Source of the DNA: Cyanobacteria bacterium J06626_4
Lineage (GTDB): Bacteria > Cyanobacteriota > Cyanobacteriia > Phormidesmidales > Phormidesmidaceae
NCBI GenBank assembly: GCA_038523235.1
Contig: JBCBJQ010000002.1
Coordinates: 119,293 to 183,292 of the forward strand
Reading direction: 5' to 3'
DNA: 64,000 nt
Shown: positions 17,663 to 29,691 of the stretch, piece after piece
Layout: every line of letters begins with the position of its first letter
Numbering within the stretch: the first letter of the stretch is position 1
Notes under the pieces: model-generated
Databases searched by the model: none
Told to the model about the DNA's origin: nothing
The model's input: only the letters and a program-made list of their open reading frames with translations
Translations under genes and position numbers: made by a program

Positions 17663-20600
17663 ATGTTCACCCACGTTAAGCCCACTGTGCGACACATCGT
17701 GCCCGCCGATCTCGGCGGCCGATCGCTGGTCAAAGTGGTCTATGTGGTTCTGGAGTCTCAGTATCAGAGTGCTCTGTCAGCCGCCATTCGCCAGCTCAAT
17801 GCCAGCAACCCAGAAGTGGCCTTCGAGGTCAGCGGCTACCTGATTGAAGAACTGCGCAACCCCGAAAACTATGCGGCGTTTCAGCAGGACATCGCCGAGG
17901 CCAACATCTTCATCGCCTCGCTGATCTTTATTGAAGACTTGGCTGACAAGGTGGTCGAAGCCGTGCAGCCCCATCGCGATCGCCTCGATGCAGCGGTGGT
18001 GTTTCCCTCGATGCCGCAGGTGATGCGCCTGAACAAAATGGGCAGCTTCTCGATGGCGCAGCTCGGCCAGTCGAAGAGTGTGATTGGCGAGTTTATGAAA
18101 AAGCGCCGCCAGAAAAATGGCAGCGGCTTTGAAGACGCCATGCTGAAGCTGCTGCGTACCCTGCCGAACGTGCTGAAATATCTGCCGGTGGAAAAAGCGC
18201 AGGATGCCCGCAACTTCATGCTCAGCTTTCAATACTGGCTGGGCGGCTCTTCCGATAACTTGCAGAACTTTTTTCTGATGCTGGCTGATCGCTACGTGTT
18301 TACGGACAAGGCGATCGCCGGGGCTCCGCAGGCGGAGAGTCTAGAACATGCCGCTCCTGTGACTTTCCCTGATGTCGGCATCTGGCATCCGATGGCGACC
18401 CAAATGTTTGAGGATTTAAAGGAATACCTCAACTGGTATGAGTCGCGTCAAGATCTGCCCGCTGCCCTGCGCGATCCGCTAGCTCCCTGCGTGGGGTTGG
18501 TGCTGCAGCGCACGCACTTGGTGACGGGCGATGAAGCCCACTACGCCGCCATGGTGCAAGAGCTGGAGTATTTGGGCGCTCGGGTGATTCCGGTTTTCTC
18601 CGGTGGCTTGGACTTTGCCAAGCCAGTGAACGAATACTTTTTTGATCCTCTGCAGCCGGAAGAGGCGATTGTGGATTCTGTCGTGTCGCTGACGGGCTTC
18701 GCCCTAGTCGGTGGCCCAGCGCGACAAGATCATCCCAAGGCGATCGAAACCCTGCAGCGGTTGAACCGGCCCTATATGGTGGCCCTACCACTGGTGTTTC
18801 AAACGACGGAAGAGTGGGAAGCCAGCGATCTGGGCCTGCACCCGATTCAGGTGGCACTGCAGATGGCCATTCCGGAACTGGATGGGGCGATCGAGCCGAT
18901 TGTGCTCTCCGGTCGCGATGGGATGACCGGGCGGGCGATCTCCCTGCAAGATCGCATCAGCTCCATTGCCCAGCGAGCGATGAAGTGGGGCAACCTGCGC
19001 CGCAAACCCAAGGTGGATAAAAAGCTAGCGATCACTGTCTTTAGCTTTCCGCCAGACAAAGGCAACGTCGGGACTGCGGCCTATCTGGACGTGTTTGGCT
19101 CCATCTATAAAGTGCTGGAGGCGATGAAGCAAAACGGCTATGACCTGCCGGAATTGCCCGAATCTCCCGAAGCGCTGATGCAGGAAGTGATCCATGATGC
19201 GCAGGCCCAGTACGCCAGCCCTGAACTGAACGTGGCCTACCGCATGTCGGTGCCCGAGTATGAAGAACTCACCCCCTACTCGACGCGGTTGGAAGAAAAC
19301 TGGGGGCCGCCACCCGGCAACCTCAACACCGACGGGCAAAATCTGCTGGTGTACGGCAAGGCCTTTGGCAACGTGTTCATTGGCGTGCAGCCCACCTTTG
19401 GTTACGAAGGCGACCCGATGCGCCTGCTGTTCTCGCGATCGGCCAGCCCCCACCACGGGTTTGCCGCCTACTACACCTATCTGGAGCAAATCTGGGGCGC
19501 GGATGCGGTGCTGCACTTTGGTACCCACGGCTCGCTAGAGTTTATGCCGGGTAAGCAAATGGGCATGTCGGGCATGTGCTACCCCGATAGCCTGATTGGC
19601 AGCACGCCCAACCTGTATTACTACGCTGCCAACAATCCTTCAGAGGCGACGATCGCCAAGCGGCGCGGCTACGCCGAAACGATTAGCTACCTGACGCCCC
19701 CCGCTGAGAATGCTGGACTCTATAAGGGGCTAAAGGAGCTGAGTGAACTGATCAGTTCTTACCAGTCGCAAAAGGACAGCGGTCGCGCCATTCAAATTGT
19801 GAATGCCATTGTGGAAACGGCGCGGGTCTGCAACCTGGATCGCGATGTGGCCCTGCCAGAGATTGACGGCAGCGAGATGTCCACGGACGATCGCGACAAC
19901 CTGGTGGGCAAGATCTATATCAAACTGATGGAAATCGAGTCGCGCCTGTTGCCCTGTGGCCTGCATGTGATTGGTAAGCCCCCCACGGCTGAGGAAGCGA
20001 TCGCCACCCTGGTCAACATTGCCGGGCTTGATCGTGACGAAGAGGGCATTAAGAGCCTGCAGCGAGTGATTGCCGAGAGCATGGGCCGCGATATTGACGA
20101 GATTTATGGGAATAGCGATCGCGGCGTTTTAGAGGACGTGCAGCTGTTGTACGACATCAATCAGGGCGTGCGGGAGGCGGTGGCGGCCCTCGTGCACGAG
20201 CAGGTGGATGCTGACGGTCGCGTCTCCATGGTGTCGCGGCTCAACTTCCTCAATATTGGCCACAAAGAGCCTTGGATTAAAGCCCTGCAAGAAGCGGGCT
20301 ATCCTGCTGTGGAAGGCGAAACCATCAAGCCCCTGATGGAGTTTTTGGAATACTGCCTGGAGCAGGTCTGCGCCGATAACGAACTGGGGGCCCTGCTGAA
20401 AGGGTTAGAAGGGGAATACGTGCTCCCTGGCCCCGGTGGCGATCCGATTCGCAACCCCGACGTGTTGCCCACGGGTAAAAACCTGCATGCGCTTGATCCG
20501 CAGTCGATTCCGACGCTCGCGGCAGTGCAGTCGGCAAAAATTGTGGTCGATCGCCTGCTCGAGCGGCAGCGACAAGAAAATGGCGGCGCTTATCCGGAAA

Positions 20601-21661
20601 CCATTGCCACGGTGCTCTGGGGTACGGACAATATCAAGACCTATGGCGAATCGCTGGCGCAAATGCTGTGGTTTGTCGGCGTCAAGCCGGTGCCCGATGC
20701 CCTCGGTCGCGTCAACAAGCTAGAGCTGCTGTCGCTAGAAGAGCTGGGTCGGCCCCGCGTCGATATTGTGGTGAACTGCTCCGGCGTTTTCCGCGATTTG
20801 TTCATCAACCAGATGGCCCTGTTGGATCGCGCGGTGAAAATGGCCGCCGAAGCCGACGAGCCGCTGGCCATGAACTTTGTCCGTAAGCACGCGCTAGAGC
20901 AGGCGGAGCAGATGGGCTGCGACCTGCGTACCGCTGCTACCCGCATCTTTTCTAATGCGTCGGGCTCCTATGCTTCGAACGTTAACCTGGCGGTGGAAAA
21001 CAGCAGTTGGGAAGAGGAGAAGGAATTGCAGGAAATGTACCTGAATCGCAAGTCTTTTGCCTTCAACTCGGATAACCCCGGCGTGATGGATGAGTCTCGC
21101 GACCTGTTCGAGTCTTCTTTGAAGAAGGCGGAAGTCACCTTCCAAAACCTGGATTCGTCGGAGATTTCGCTGACGGATGTGTCTCACTATTTCGACTCTG
21201 ACCCCACCAAGGTGGTCGCGAGTCTGCGGGGTGACGGCACCAAGCCGGCTTCCTACGTGGCGGACACCACGACGGCCAACGCTCAGGTGCGCACCCTATC
21301 AGAGACGGTGCGACTGGATGCCCGCACTAAGATGCTGAATCCCAAGTGGTATGAGGGCATGCTCTCCCACGGGTATGAGGGTGTGCGAGAGCTGTCGAAG
21401 CGCTTGGTGAATACTATGGGCTGGTCAGCTACTGCCGATGCGGTGGATAACTGGGTCTATGAAGACACCAACAGCACCTTCATCAAAGATCCGGAGATGT
21501 GCAAGCGGCTGATGGATTTGAACCCCAACTCCTTCCGCCGCATGGTGTCAACCCTTTTGGAAGTGAACGGGCGCGGCTACTGGGAAACCAGTGACGAAAA
21601 CCTGGAGCGGCTGCAAGAGCTTTACCAAGAAGTCGAAGACCGCATTGAAGGGGTTGAATAA
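17663..21661 (+). CDS. chlH: Magnesium chelatase subunit H
   Basis: 1332 aa; [11 protein letters not shown] start, [39 protein letters not shown] and [10 protein letters not shown] end. SD AAGGAG upstream. Confidence 0.98.
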   Translation: MFTHVKPTVRHIVPADLGGRSLVKVVYVVLESQYQSALSAAIRQLNASNPEVAFEVSGYLIEELRNPENYAAFQQDIAEANIFIASLIFIEDLADKVVEAVQPHRDRLDAAVVFPSMPQVMRLNKMGSFSMAQLGQSKSVIGEFMKKRRQKNGSGFEDAMLKLLRTLPNVLKYLPVEKAQDARNFMLSFQYWLGGSSDNLQNFFLMLADRYVFTDKAIAGAPQAESLEHAAPVTFPDVGIWHPMATQMFEDLKEYLNWYESRQDLPAALRDPLAPCVGLVLQRTHLVTGDEAHYAAMVQELEYLGARVIPVFSGGLDFAKPVNEYFFDPLQPEEAIVDSVVSLTGFALVGGPARQDHPKAIETLQRLNRPYMVALPLVFQTTEEWEASDLGLHPIQVALQMAIPELDGAIEPIVLSGRDGMTGRAISLQDRISSIAQRAMKWGNLRRKPKVDKKLAITVFSFPPDKGNVGTAAYLDVFGSIYKVLEAMKQNGYDLPELPESPEALMQEVIHDAQAQYASPELNVAYRMSVPEYEELTPYSTRLEENWGPPPGNLNTDGQNLLVYGKAFGNVFIGVQPTFGYEGDPMRLLFSRSASPHHGFAAYYTYLEQIWGADAVLHFGTHGSLEFMPGKQMGMSGMCYPDSLIGSTPNLYYYAANNPSEATIAKRRGYAETISYLTPPAENAGLYKGLKELSELISSYQSQKDSGRAIQIVNAIVETARVCNLDRDVALPEIDGSEMSTDDRDNLVGKIYIKLMEIESRLLPCGLHVIGKPPTAEEAIATLVNIAGLDRDEEGIKSLQRVIAESMGRDIDEIYGNSDRGVLEDVQLLYDINQGVREAVAALVHEQVDADGRVSMVSRLNFLNIGHKEPWIKALQEAGYPAVEGETIKPLMEFLEYCLEQVCADNELGALLKGLEGEYVLPGPGGDPIRNPDVLPTGKNLHALDPQSIPTLAAVQSAKIVVDRLLERQRQENGGAYPETIATVLWGTDNIKTYGESLAQMLWFVGVKPVPDALGRVNKLELLSLEELGRPRVDIVVNCSGVFRDLFINQMALLDRAVKMAAEADEPLAMNFVRKHALEQAEQMGCDLRTAATRIFSNASGSYASNVNLAVENSSWEEEKELQEMYLNRKSFAFNSDNPGVMDESRDLFESSLKKAEVTFQNLDSSEISLTDVSHYFDSDPTKVVASLRGDGTKPASYVADTTTANAQVRTLSETVRLDARTKMLNPKWYEGMLSHGYEGVRELSKRLVNTMGWSATADAVDNWVYEDTNSTFIKDPEMCKRLMDLNPNSFRRMVSTLLEVNGRGYWETSDENLERLQELYQEVEDRIEGVE

Positions 21662-21698
21662 TATCAAACCGGTCTTCTAGCTAAGACGCTTTAATCCA

Positions 21699-21731
21699 AA
21701 GCCCTCGGCTGCTACTGGCAGCCGAGGGCTT
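21699..21731. terminator. Intrinsic, probably bidirectional terminator between chlH and the convergent PEP-CTERM gene
   Basis: 14-bp perfect stem AAGCCCTCGGCTGC / GCAGCCGAGGGCTT with a 5-nt loop. Confidence 0.85.
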
Positions 21732-21756
21732 GTTTCATGCAAGTTAGTTGCAAATG

Positions 21757-22419
21757 CTATGCAGCTTCGCTCATGCGCTTACGCATTGTTCCAGCAACTC
21801 CGACGCCAGCAACCGTAGCTAAACCGAGGACTGAGAAAGGTTCAGGTACATCTACAGCAGTTTCGATAACAACGTCGTCAATGTTGGCCCCTAACGTGTC
21901 CTTCTTACCCAAAGACCAGAACTTCAGACGTGTGCTTGTTTCAGTCGCAGTGATTGTTTTGTTGAAGATTTTCCAGCCGTCACCGCTGTTGCCGGCATCA
22001 ATTGCTTCGTAGGTACCCTCGCCAAATTCAACGGCTAGCTTGTTATCACCATTGATACCGTTGCGTGGGCCATAGGCAAATGAGAGATGATACTTCTGCC
22101 CGATTGTGGTCACAATATCTTGGAAAAAACCAATTTCCTCGGGGGGAGTATTTCTGTTGTAGTGACTATCTAGCTCAGCAAAATGCTCACCTTCGTAGGC
22201 CGTACCAACCACGTTTTTGCGGATTTCAATTCGGCTACCCTCAAAGGGGGTCCAGCCTTCTAGCTGACCCTCGCCAAAAGTCATCCACATATTCCTTTGG
22301 AAATTCGCTGACTCGAAGCCACCATTCACAACCAAGTTGCTGGCAGCTGCAGGATTTGCTGAAGAGCATAGTAAAGCAGCCGCACAGAGTAAGCCAGATC
22401 CGATCGCAAGTGTTTTCAT
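21757..22419 (-). CDS. PEP-CTERM sorting domain protein, DUF642-like
   Basis: Signal peptide, NLVVNGGFE...AELD...GANIDDV, then VPEP + transmembrane helix + RKR. Confidence 0.88.
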   Translation of the reverse strand: MKTLAIGSGLLCAAALLCSSANPAAASNLVVNGGFESANFQRNMWMTFGEGQLEGWTPFEGSRIEIRKNVVGTAYEGEHFAELDSHYNRNTPPEEIGFFQDIVTTIGQKYHLSFAYGPRNGINGDNKLAVEFGEGTYEAIDAGNSGDGWKIFNKTITATETSTRLKFWSLGKKDTLGANIDDVVIETAVDVPEPFSVLGLATVAGVGVAGTMRKRMSEAA

Positions 22420-23220
22420 GGGTTTAATCGCTCAATAAATTCGTTTGTTTCCGTTGATACCAATTTGCATCAAATCGTTACTCATAGAAAGCATTTTGAA
22501 TTAGCTTATTCAGGACTTAATCCTGGGCTTGGTGAGTGATAAAGCGGGTCTTGAAATTCTGAAGAAAGGCCAAAAAAATCAGTAAATTTACTGCTAAAGT
22601 GATGCGCTAGTTGATTGTTGTCTAGACCTCTCCATACTTCTTCTGATCAATAATTTCTGAATTCAACGCAAATTTGCGGAACAAAGAGTCGCTGATTGTG
22701 GGCAAGTTTTTTCACCCTAGTGAACATACCTGGCAGCCCTCTTAAAATCTCTGAGCTTTACTCAAGGCAGTAACCCTGCACCAGAAAGTTCTGCAGATTC
22801 CTGCATGGGGTGCCAAGATGATGCCCGAGAGGCTTTCAGGCAGCCTCGACATTAGCTAGCCTGACGTTTTCTGATGCTCACCACAGAAATGATTCCACCG
22901 GTCTTGCCGCAGGCCAAGGCAATGGGCAGTAGCCAAGCCCTCATGGCTTTTGAAGATGAAACGAAGTAAGCAACTTACGCAGCAAACAGGGTAAGGGCAA
23001 TTGCCCATGGAGTCAGTCTTCATGAGCGATCGCCGCTGCCTTTAATTGCCTAGAGATATTCAAGACCTCTGGAAACTGCTACCTTCTTAAGGAACTAAGC
23101 TAATTGCGCGAGTTGACGACCGCCCAAGCGGCCCCGAAGTTGTCTGTCCGTGTGGCATTGCCGGTGAGTTTGATTGTGCAGTCTACCAAGCTTGGATAAC
23201 CCGTTGGCGAGAGTCAGTCG

Positions 23221-26007
23221 TTACCCGACCTCTTTGGGGGTTTTGACCTGAGGTTGAGCTTGGGGCTGGAATTGGAAGAGCGTGTAGACGACGTTACGGC
23301 GAATGCCGATCATCATGTCCAAAAAGACTTCGTAGCCTTCGCTCTTATATTCAATCAGCGGATCTTTTTGGCCGTAGCCGCGGAGGCCGACGGTTTCCCG
23401 GAGCGAGTCCATTTGCTGCAGGTGCTCGCGCCAAAGGTTGTCGATCTGCTGCAGAATGAAGAACCGCTCTGCCTCGCGCATCAGGCCCGGCTTCATCTGA
23501 TCCACCTGCGCCTCTTTCATGTCGTAGGCCGTGCGTACCTGCTCATGCAAAAAGGTTCTGATTTCGCCGACGGACAGATCTTCGAGCTGCGACGGTTCCA
23601 TGTCAGCGAGCAGATAGACAAACTCTTTGACCTTCTCCACCATTTCCGGCAGCTTCCACTCTTCGGAGGGCAGCTCAGGGTTGATGTAAGCAGTGACAAT
23701 GTCATCCATCGTGCGCTCAGCGTAGGAAATTACCAGCTCTTTCAAATCTTGCCCTTCTAGCACGCGCCGCCGCTCAGCGTAGATGGCCCGCCGCTGATTA
23801 TTCATCACCTCGTCGTACTCAAACACCTGCTTACGGATGTCGTAGTAGTAGGTCTCAACCTTTTTCTGGGCGCCTTCGAGCGATCGCGTCAGCATACCCG
23901 ATTCGATCGGCATGTCTTCTTCCACGCGGAACATATTCATCAAACCCGCAACGCGATCGCCGCCAAAGATCCGCAACAGATTGTCTTCTAAGCTAAGGAA
24001 AAAGCGAGTGGAGCCGGGGTCACCCTGGCGACCGGCGCGGCCCCGCAGCTGGTTATCGACCCGGCGCGATTCGTGGCGCTCAGTACCAATGACGTGAAGC
24101 CCACCGGCCTCAATCACCTTGTCATGCTCCTCGTCAGTAAACTGCTCATATTCGTGCAGTACGAGATTGTAGGATTCCCGCAGCTGTTGAATCACGGGAT
24201 CTTCAACCGGGGCTTTTTCTGCTGCGATCGCGACCTTATCTTCCGCTTCTAGTTCAGGCAGGCTGCGATCACCATAGGTGTCAACGGCTAGGGTCACCGT
24301 ATCTTTGAGCATCTGCTCCGCTTCTGCCGATAGCTCCGTGGGGAAGATATCGGGCGAGGCTTTCCAGGTTTTAACTTTCTTTTGCTCACCGGCGAACCCT
24401 TGAGCTTTGCTGCGGCCCTGGGTGCCCGGCACGGCCACCTTCATTTCGTCATCTTCAGGCTTGACGATGCGGGGCATCAGATACTCGCGCACCTTGAGGC
24501 GGGCCATATACTCGGCGTTACCCCCCAGAATGATGTCGGTGCCGCGTCCCGCCATGTTGGTGGCGATCGTCACCGCGCCGCCGCGTCCGGCCTGGGCGAC
24601 GATTTCGGCCTCTCGCTCTACGTTCTCGGGCTTGGCGTTCAACAAGTTGTGGGGAATGTTGCGCTCAGCCAACAGGGCCGACAGCAGTTCGGACTTTTCG
24701 ACGCTAGTGGTGCCAACCAACACGGGGCGTCCCGTTTCATGCATTTCGGCACATTCGCTGGCCACAGCCTGCCACTTCGCCATCTCGGTTTTATAAACCA
24801 CATCGGCCAGATCTTGGCGACGGGAGGGTTTATTGGTCGCGATGACCGTCACTTCCAACTCGTAAATCTTTTCAAATTCCGCTTCTTCAGTTTTAGCTGT
24901 GCCGGTCATGCCCGACAGCTTGGGATACAGCAGGAAGAAGTTCTGATAGGTAATGCTGGCGAGGGTTTGGGTTTCCGGCTGAATCTCGGCATGTTCTTTG
25001 GCTTCGATCGCCTGGTGCAGGCCGTCGCTCCAGCGGCGTCCGGGCATTACCCGGCCCGTAAACTCGTCCACAATGACGACTTCGCCGTTACGCACAATGT
25101 ACTTAACGTCTTTGTCAAACAGTTCCTTAGCTTTGACGGCGTTGAAAATGTAGTGCGCCCAGGGATCTTTAGGATCAAAGAGATCCTGCACGCCCAGCAT
25201 CTCTTCCGCGAGAATGAAGCCCTCATCGTTGAGCAACACGTTGTGCGCCTTTTCATCGACTTCGTAGTGCTCTTCGGTGTTGAGGGCCGTCGCGACCTCG
25301 GCAGCCTTCGTATATTTTTCGCTGGGGCGCTGCACCTGGCCAGAAATGATCAGGGGCGTGCGGGCCTCATCTACCAAAATGGAATCGACTTCGTCAATGA
25401 CGCAGAAGTTGAAGGGGCGCTGCACCACATCTTCAATGGAGGTGGCCATGTTGTCGCGCAGGTAGTCAAACCCGAACTCGCTATTGGTGCCGTAGGTGAT
25501 GTCGCAGGCGTAGTTCTTCTGGCGCTCGCTGGGGCTCATGCCTTGCTGAATCAGGCCCACCTCAAGCCCCAAAAAGCGGTGTACTTGCCCCATCCACTCA
25601 GCGTCGCGCCGGGCTAGATAGTCGTTCACGGTAACGACGTGGGCGCCTTTGCCCGTCAAGGCATTGAGATAGCTGGGTAGGGTTGCAACCAGGGTTTTGC
25701 CCTCACCGGTTTTCATCTCGGCGATTTGCCCTTCGTGGAGCACCATGCCGCCAATTAGCTGCACATCAAAGTGGCGCATACCCAAGACTCGACGAGAGGC
25801 TTCTCGCACCACGGCAAAAGCTTCGGTGAGGAGGTCATCCAGCGACTCTCCTTTCGCCAAACGCTGTTGGAACTCGCCCGTTTTGGCCGCCAGCGCTTCG
25901 TCTGACAGCGGCTGGATTTCTTCTTCCAGCAAATTGATTTCGACTACATCAGGTTTGTAGCGTTTGAGTTTTCGAGCGTTTGGATCACCAAGCAGAGCTT
26001 TGAGCAT
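23221..26007 (-). CDS. secA: Preprotein translocase subunit SecA
   Basis: [37 protein letters not shown] and [18 protein letters not shown]. Confidence 0.99.
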   Translation of the reverse strand: MLKALLGDPNARKLKRYKPDVVEINLLEEEIQPLSDEALAAKTGEFQQRLAKGESLDDLLTEAFAVVREASRRVLGMRHFDVQLIGGMVLHEGQIAEMKTGEGKTLVATLPSYLNALTGKGAHVVTVNDYLARRDAEWMGQVHRFLGLEVGLIQQGMSPSERQKNYACDITYGTNSEFGFDYLRDNMATSIEDVVQRPFNFCVIDEVDSILVDEARTPLIISGQVQRPSEKYTKAAEVATALNTEEHYEVDEKAHNVLLNDEGFILAEEMLGVQDLFDPKDPWAHYIFNAVKAKELFDKDVKYIVRNGEVVIVDEFTGRVMPGRRWSDGLHQAIEAKEHAEIQPETQTLASITYQNFFLLYPKLSGMTGTAKTEEAEFEKIYELEVTVIATNKPSRRQDLADVVYKTEMAKWQAVASECAEMHETGRPVLVGTTSVEKSELLSALLAERNIPHNLLNAKPENVEREAEIVAQAGRGGAVTIATNMAGRGTDIILGGNAEYMARLKVREYLMPRIVKPEDDEMKVAVPGTQGRSKAQGFAGEQKKVKTWKASPDIFPTELSAEAEQMLKDTVTLAVDTYGDRSLPELEAEDKVAIAAEKAPVEDPVIQQLRESYNLVLHEYEQFTDEEHDKVIEAGGLHVIGTERHESRRVDNQLRGRAGRQGDPGSTRFFLSLEDNLLRIFGGDRVAGLMNMFRVEEDMPIESGMLTRSLEGAQKKVETYYYDIRKQVFEYDEVMNNQRRAIYAERRRVLEGQDLKELVISYAERTMDDIVTAYINPELPSEEWKLPEMVEKVKEFVYLLADMEPSQLEDLSVGEIRTFLHEQVRTAYDMKEAQVDQMKPGLMREAERFFILQQIDNLWREHLQQMDSLRETVGLRGYGQKDPLIEYKSEGYEVFLDMMIGIRRNVVYTLFQFQPQAQPQVKTPKEVG

Positions 26008-26543
26008 ATGTCCGGAGACGATGAATGGATAGAATCTTTAGTAAAACGAAAATTCCTGCGTTTAACAATGGGCAATCGCCGCACCTTCAACGCTTGAGAC
26101 AATCGAGTCACCGTTTACTGATCCTACCACTTGCCCTTGGAGGATCAATCAACGCTGATGTTTTGGATTATCTTTAAGGTTAGAAAATAAGTTTCGTGTC
26201 TAAAATAAGTTCACGATGAACGCTTAGCACGCTTCCGAGCTGTTTTTTATGCAAGATCTCTCCCTCAGGGTGTTTGTCGCTCCGGATCTCAGCCATGGTG
26301 GGCTGGGCAACCGCCGCTATGAGGGTGTGATTAGCCGCCGTGATGAGCGCGCGATCGCGACGCGACCCGGCGATATCTTGAGTCTGCGACGACGAGTCTC
26401 GGGCGTTTGGTCTTAGAAGTTGGGTCACTGTTATCGACCCAAGTCGACCAACGCCAGCCAATTGACCGAGTCAGCGCTCTCTGAGTTTTTCGCTGACTCG
26501 GTTCGCCTAACCGTCGTCCCTTTTACTTTCTTTTTTACTCGTT

Positions 26544-27023
26544 ATGGACTGCAGCAACATTCAATTTCAATACGTTGAGACGTTAAGCCCCGCCGAGATG
26601 CAGCAGCTAATTGCCCTGTTTCAGAAGGCGGCGTTTTGGGCCAGCGATCGCACCGACGCAGATATGGCCGTCGCGATCGCCCATAGTCACCCAGTCGTCA
26701 TTGCTTGGGATAGAGATCAGCTGATTGGCTTTGCCCGCGCTACGTCTGACGGCGTCTATCGTGCCACCATTTGGGATGTGGTGATCGACCCTCACTATCA
26801 GGGAGCCGGACTCGGCCGCAAACTGGTGCAAACTGTGCTGAGTCATCCCCTCATGAGCCGGATTGAGCGTGTCTACTTGATGACGACTCATCAGCAAGCG
26901 TTTTATCAGCGCATTGGCTTTCAAGAAAATCAGACCACCACAATGGTGCTGTTTCATCAAGAAATTGAGCCCGTACCGAATTTGGTGACTGTTGAGCAAG
27001 AGCCGCTGTCTGGCCAGATTTAG
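26544..27023 (+). CDS. GNAT N-acetyltransferase (Ycf52-like)
   Basis: IGFARATSDGVYRATIWDVVIDPHYQGAGLGRKL. Confidence 0.88.
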   Translation: MDCSNIQFQYVETLSPAEMQQLIALFQKAAFWASDRTDADMAVAIAHSHPVVIAWDRDQLIGFARATSDGVYRATIWDVVIDPHYQGAGLGRKLVQTVLSHPLMSRIERVYLMTTHQQAFYQRIGFQENQTTTMVLFHQEIEPVPNLVTVEQEPLSGQI

Positions 27024-27122
27024 ACCGGTTCGTCCACTCAGGGAATTGCTTAAAAATAGTGTATTGGCCGCAGGGGGTTGGCAGTGCCAAACCCTTACCG
27101 AAAACGTGTCGATATTTAAGGG

Positions 27123-27926
27123 TTATGCAGGTGCAGCCCCTAAATTGGGCGGTTGGGGGAGCGTCAGCTGCAGCCGCGTCGGAGTTGTGTCGGTCGCCTG
27201 GGTCAGTTGAACCAGACTGCCGCCAAGAGCCTGCAGCATCGCTTCTACCAGGCCCATCCGTAGGCTGGCGGAGAGCGTGTCATTGAGCTCAAACTCGGTC
27301 GGTTGAGGAAAGGCGATGGGCTCTTGCCAGGAGCCAGTAGGCCGGTCATCGTCGAGCCAGAGCTGCCACGTCTCGGCGGGGGGGGTCGGGGCGAGACTCA
27401 AGTGCAGCGTGCCGCGATCACGATTCGCTAGCGCCATATCGATCAGCGTCGTGAGCACGTTGCACAGCCAGGCCGGGTCGGTCTGCACCAATTGGGACGG
27501 CTCAGGAAAGTTGACCACGAGCCGCAGGTTGCGATCGGTGACCTGCAGCTGGTTCATTTCTTTAACCTGACTGAAAATCTGTGTCCACGGCACTGTTTGC
27601 ACCTGCGGGATGATGCGTCCCATCTCAACTTTTGAGACGCGAATCAAAAAGTCGAGATATTCCAGCAGCTTCATGGAAGCGGCATAGGCCTCGCCGACAA
27701 AGGCTCGCTCTTCTTCCACGTCATCACAGAGCCCCTCGATAATCATTTGCTGCAGGCTGATGACTTTGCTCAGGGGCGATCGCAACTCATGGGCCGTACG
27801 CGCTAAAAAACCGCCCTTAAAGTCCGCCAGCTCTAAGGCGCGATAATAGGCCAGTTCTAGGCTGGCAGCGGACGGTTGCGGGGAACTTGCTTCGTTTGCC
27901 TCGGCCATCATCAGAGATCCTGTCAA
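27123..27926 (-). CDS. Histidine kinase-like protein (HisKA with degenerate HATPase)
   Basis: FLARTAHELRSPL H-box; no recognisable N, G1 or G2 boxes. Confidence 0.8.
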   Translation of the reverse strand: MTGSLMMAEANEASSPQPSAASLELAYYRALELADFKGGFLARTAHELRSPLSKVISLQQMIIEGLCDDVEEERAFVGEAYAASMKLLEYLDFLIRVSKVEMGRIIPQVQTVPWTQIFSQVKEMNQLQVTDRNLRLVVNFPEPSQLVQTDPAWLCNVLTTLIDMALANRDRGTLHLSLAPTPPAETWQLWLDDDRPTGSWQEPIAFPQPTEFELNDTLSASLRMGLVEAMLQALGGSLVQLTQATDTTPTRLQLTLPQPPNLGAAPA

Positions 27927-28028
27927 CTTCGCTATTCAAGCCTATAGTCTGCCGTTTGCATACGCGACCGTTGAAATTTGTATTTCGATCAAAAATTTAG
28001 GGCGTGGGCAGGGTGAACTCTGTGCTTA

Positions 28029-28200
28029 CCCCATAGACAGCCGGTGCGTTAGCCCCATAGACCAAGACGATACCGTGTGGGTGAAGGAAATTCTGTTAAG
28101 AGAACTCCACAGACCCGGTCGGGACGAAGGGCCTTGCGTTTCGAACTAAACTCACTCAGGTGATTGTTGAGAAAGACGATACTGGCACTGTCAGGGCGGG
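28029..28200 (+). ncRNA. ssrS: 6S RNA (cyanobacterial type)
   Basis: Rod structure. Closing stem GACAGCCGGUGCGUU / GACGAUACUGGCACUGUC (G-U pairs favour the + strand), ACC..UGGGUGA / UCACUCA-GGU, a central bubble, and an apical GAGAAC / GUUUC stem. Resembles cyanobacterial 6Sa as recalled; ends approximate. Confidence 0.8.
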
Positions 28201-28292
28201 TTTTGTGGATGCTTTGTATCGATAAATTCAAGGTTTTAGCTAAACCCAACCCTCATGGAACCTGAGTTTGGGATCAGGGATTCAGGCACGCT

Positions 28293-28419
28293 GCCCCGCC
28301 GTTGAGGCGACAATCTCCTCTGAAGCAGAGTGTCAACGGTAGGGTGGATGTCGATCCTCCCGCTGAGCGTGGTTCGACCCACCCCATTCGCCCCTTCCCA
28401 GAGGGAAAAGCAACGGAGC
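28293..28419. ncRNA. Putative structured RNA of unknown identity
   Basis: Long nested hairpin CCGTTG/CAACGG, CCTCTG/CAGAGG, GGGTGG..GTCGA/TCGACCCACCC. A minus-strand -10-like TAAACT lies at 28422-28427. Confidence 0.5.
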
Positions 28420-28466
28420 TTAGTTTAACCCGCACTGGCGTTACGGATATGTTTTTGCTCGCGACC

Positions 28467-29042
28467 TTACGAAGCCGCACTCGACACCTGGGGACGGGGA
28501 GCCGCTGCCTGCGGCCAAGGGCCGGGTGGGGTTGAGGGCAGTTCTACAGTCGTTTCTTGGGTGTCGTAAAGGGTGAAGCCTCGCGCCTCATAATTTTTGT
28601 AAGCGTAGCGACTGTCTAAATTGCAGGTGTGGAGCCAAACGCGACGATTCGCGATTTTCCAGGCGCGCTCGATGCCGACTGTGAGCAAATGGCCGCCAAT
28701 ACCCTGACCCATGAACTGGGGCAGCAAGCCGAAATACTCAATTTTGACGGTGCTTTCTGGCTGGCTTTCAAGTTCGATATAGCCAGCAGGGGTGCCCGAC
28801 AGGTAGGCAACCCAGGTTTCTAACTCGGGTCGGTTGAGATAGTCAAGCCATTGGTCGTAGGTCCACTTCAGGCGATCGCACCAATACCAATGGCTACCCA
28901 CGCTGGTATACAAAAAACGGCTGAATTCAGGACAGGCGATAGTGACCTGCTGCACGCTGAGTTCAGGATTGTCGAGCCGCTGGGGCCGCAAATCCGCCGG
29001 GGTGAGCATTTCTAAATACCAGGTGATGAGGGGATGAATCAT
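28467..29042 (-). CDS. GNAT N-acetyltransferase
   Basis: YFGLLPQFMGQGIGGHLL and VWLHTCNLD...NYEARGF. Confidence 0.88.
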   Translation of the reverse strand: MIHPLITWYLEMLTPADLRPQRLDNPELSVQQVTIACPEFSRFLYTSVGSHWYWCDRLKWTYDQWLDYLNRPELETWVAYLSGTPAGYIELESQPESTVKIEYFGLLPQFMGQGIGGHLLTVGIERAWKIANRRVWLHTCNLDSRYAYKNYEARGFTLYDTQETTVELPSTPPGPWPQAAAPRPQVSSAAS

Positions 29043-29136
29043 TGAGAGCGATCGCTTTTTTGTCGTCGGTAAGCGTTGGCCCCGATTGAGTCGGTGCCCC
29101 CATTAATTGGGGATGATCTCAATCAGGGCCAAGGCG

Positions 29137-29463
29137 CTACTGATAATATCGTTCATCTAACCAAACCCGAACTGCTCGCTCAGAATCAAAATGGTGACGA
29201 GTCTGAGTCACGGGATCATACGCCTCATAGTAGAGATGACCCTCGCGATCGCGCTTCGTCCAAATGGTCGGATCCTGAGCCTGAGCCCCGACCAAATAAT
29301 TGACGATGGCGTGACCGAGCTGACTCCAGCGCGACTGACGCGACTCGCGTGCCATCTCTGAGTCGAGCCGTGCGTGGGGGGCTGCAGCCTGTTCCTGCTG
29401 CTCCGGAGAGATGAGTTCTAACCGGGCATAGAGGTCTTGTTGTGTCATGAGCCTGTCCTTCAA
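29137..29463 (-). CDS. Hypothetical protein (cyanobacterial type)
   Basis: Coherent ORF ending YDPVTQTRHHFDSERAVRVWLDERYYQ. Confidence 0.7.
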   Translation of the reverse strand: MKDRLMTQQDLYARLELISPEQQEQAAAPHARLDSEMARESRQSRWSQLGHAIVNYLVGAQAQDPTIWTKRDREGHLYYEAYDPVTQTRHHFDSERAVRVWLDERYYQ

Positions 29464-29691
29464 AAATCAGGTCAGCTCGAATCGATTCGGCATAGTTGAA
29501 TTGTCCTCAATTTGCCTCTAGCCGAACAGAGGCAGTTGTCGTGAATTGTTTTGGTGACAGTTTCAATTATCGAAACTGTTCTGGTGGAAATCAGTCAAAC
29601 AAGACCATTGGTTTATGCCAATGCTTAGTGCTCGGACTCCTCCCGATAGCAGAATCCCGAATTCTGTAGAAAGACCTCGCTCTAGAAAATC

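Noticed and set aside
24382..25617. 411-aa ORF on the + strand
   Set aside because: Antisense shadow of secA with no protein-like motifs.
28049..28249. 66-aa minus-strand ORF
   Set aside because: Lies antisense over the 6S RNA; any conservation would be explained by the RNA.
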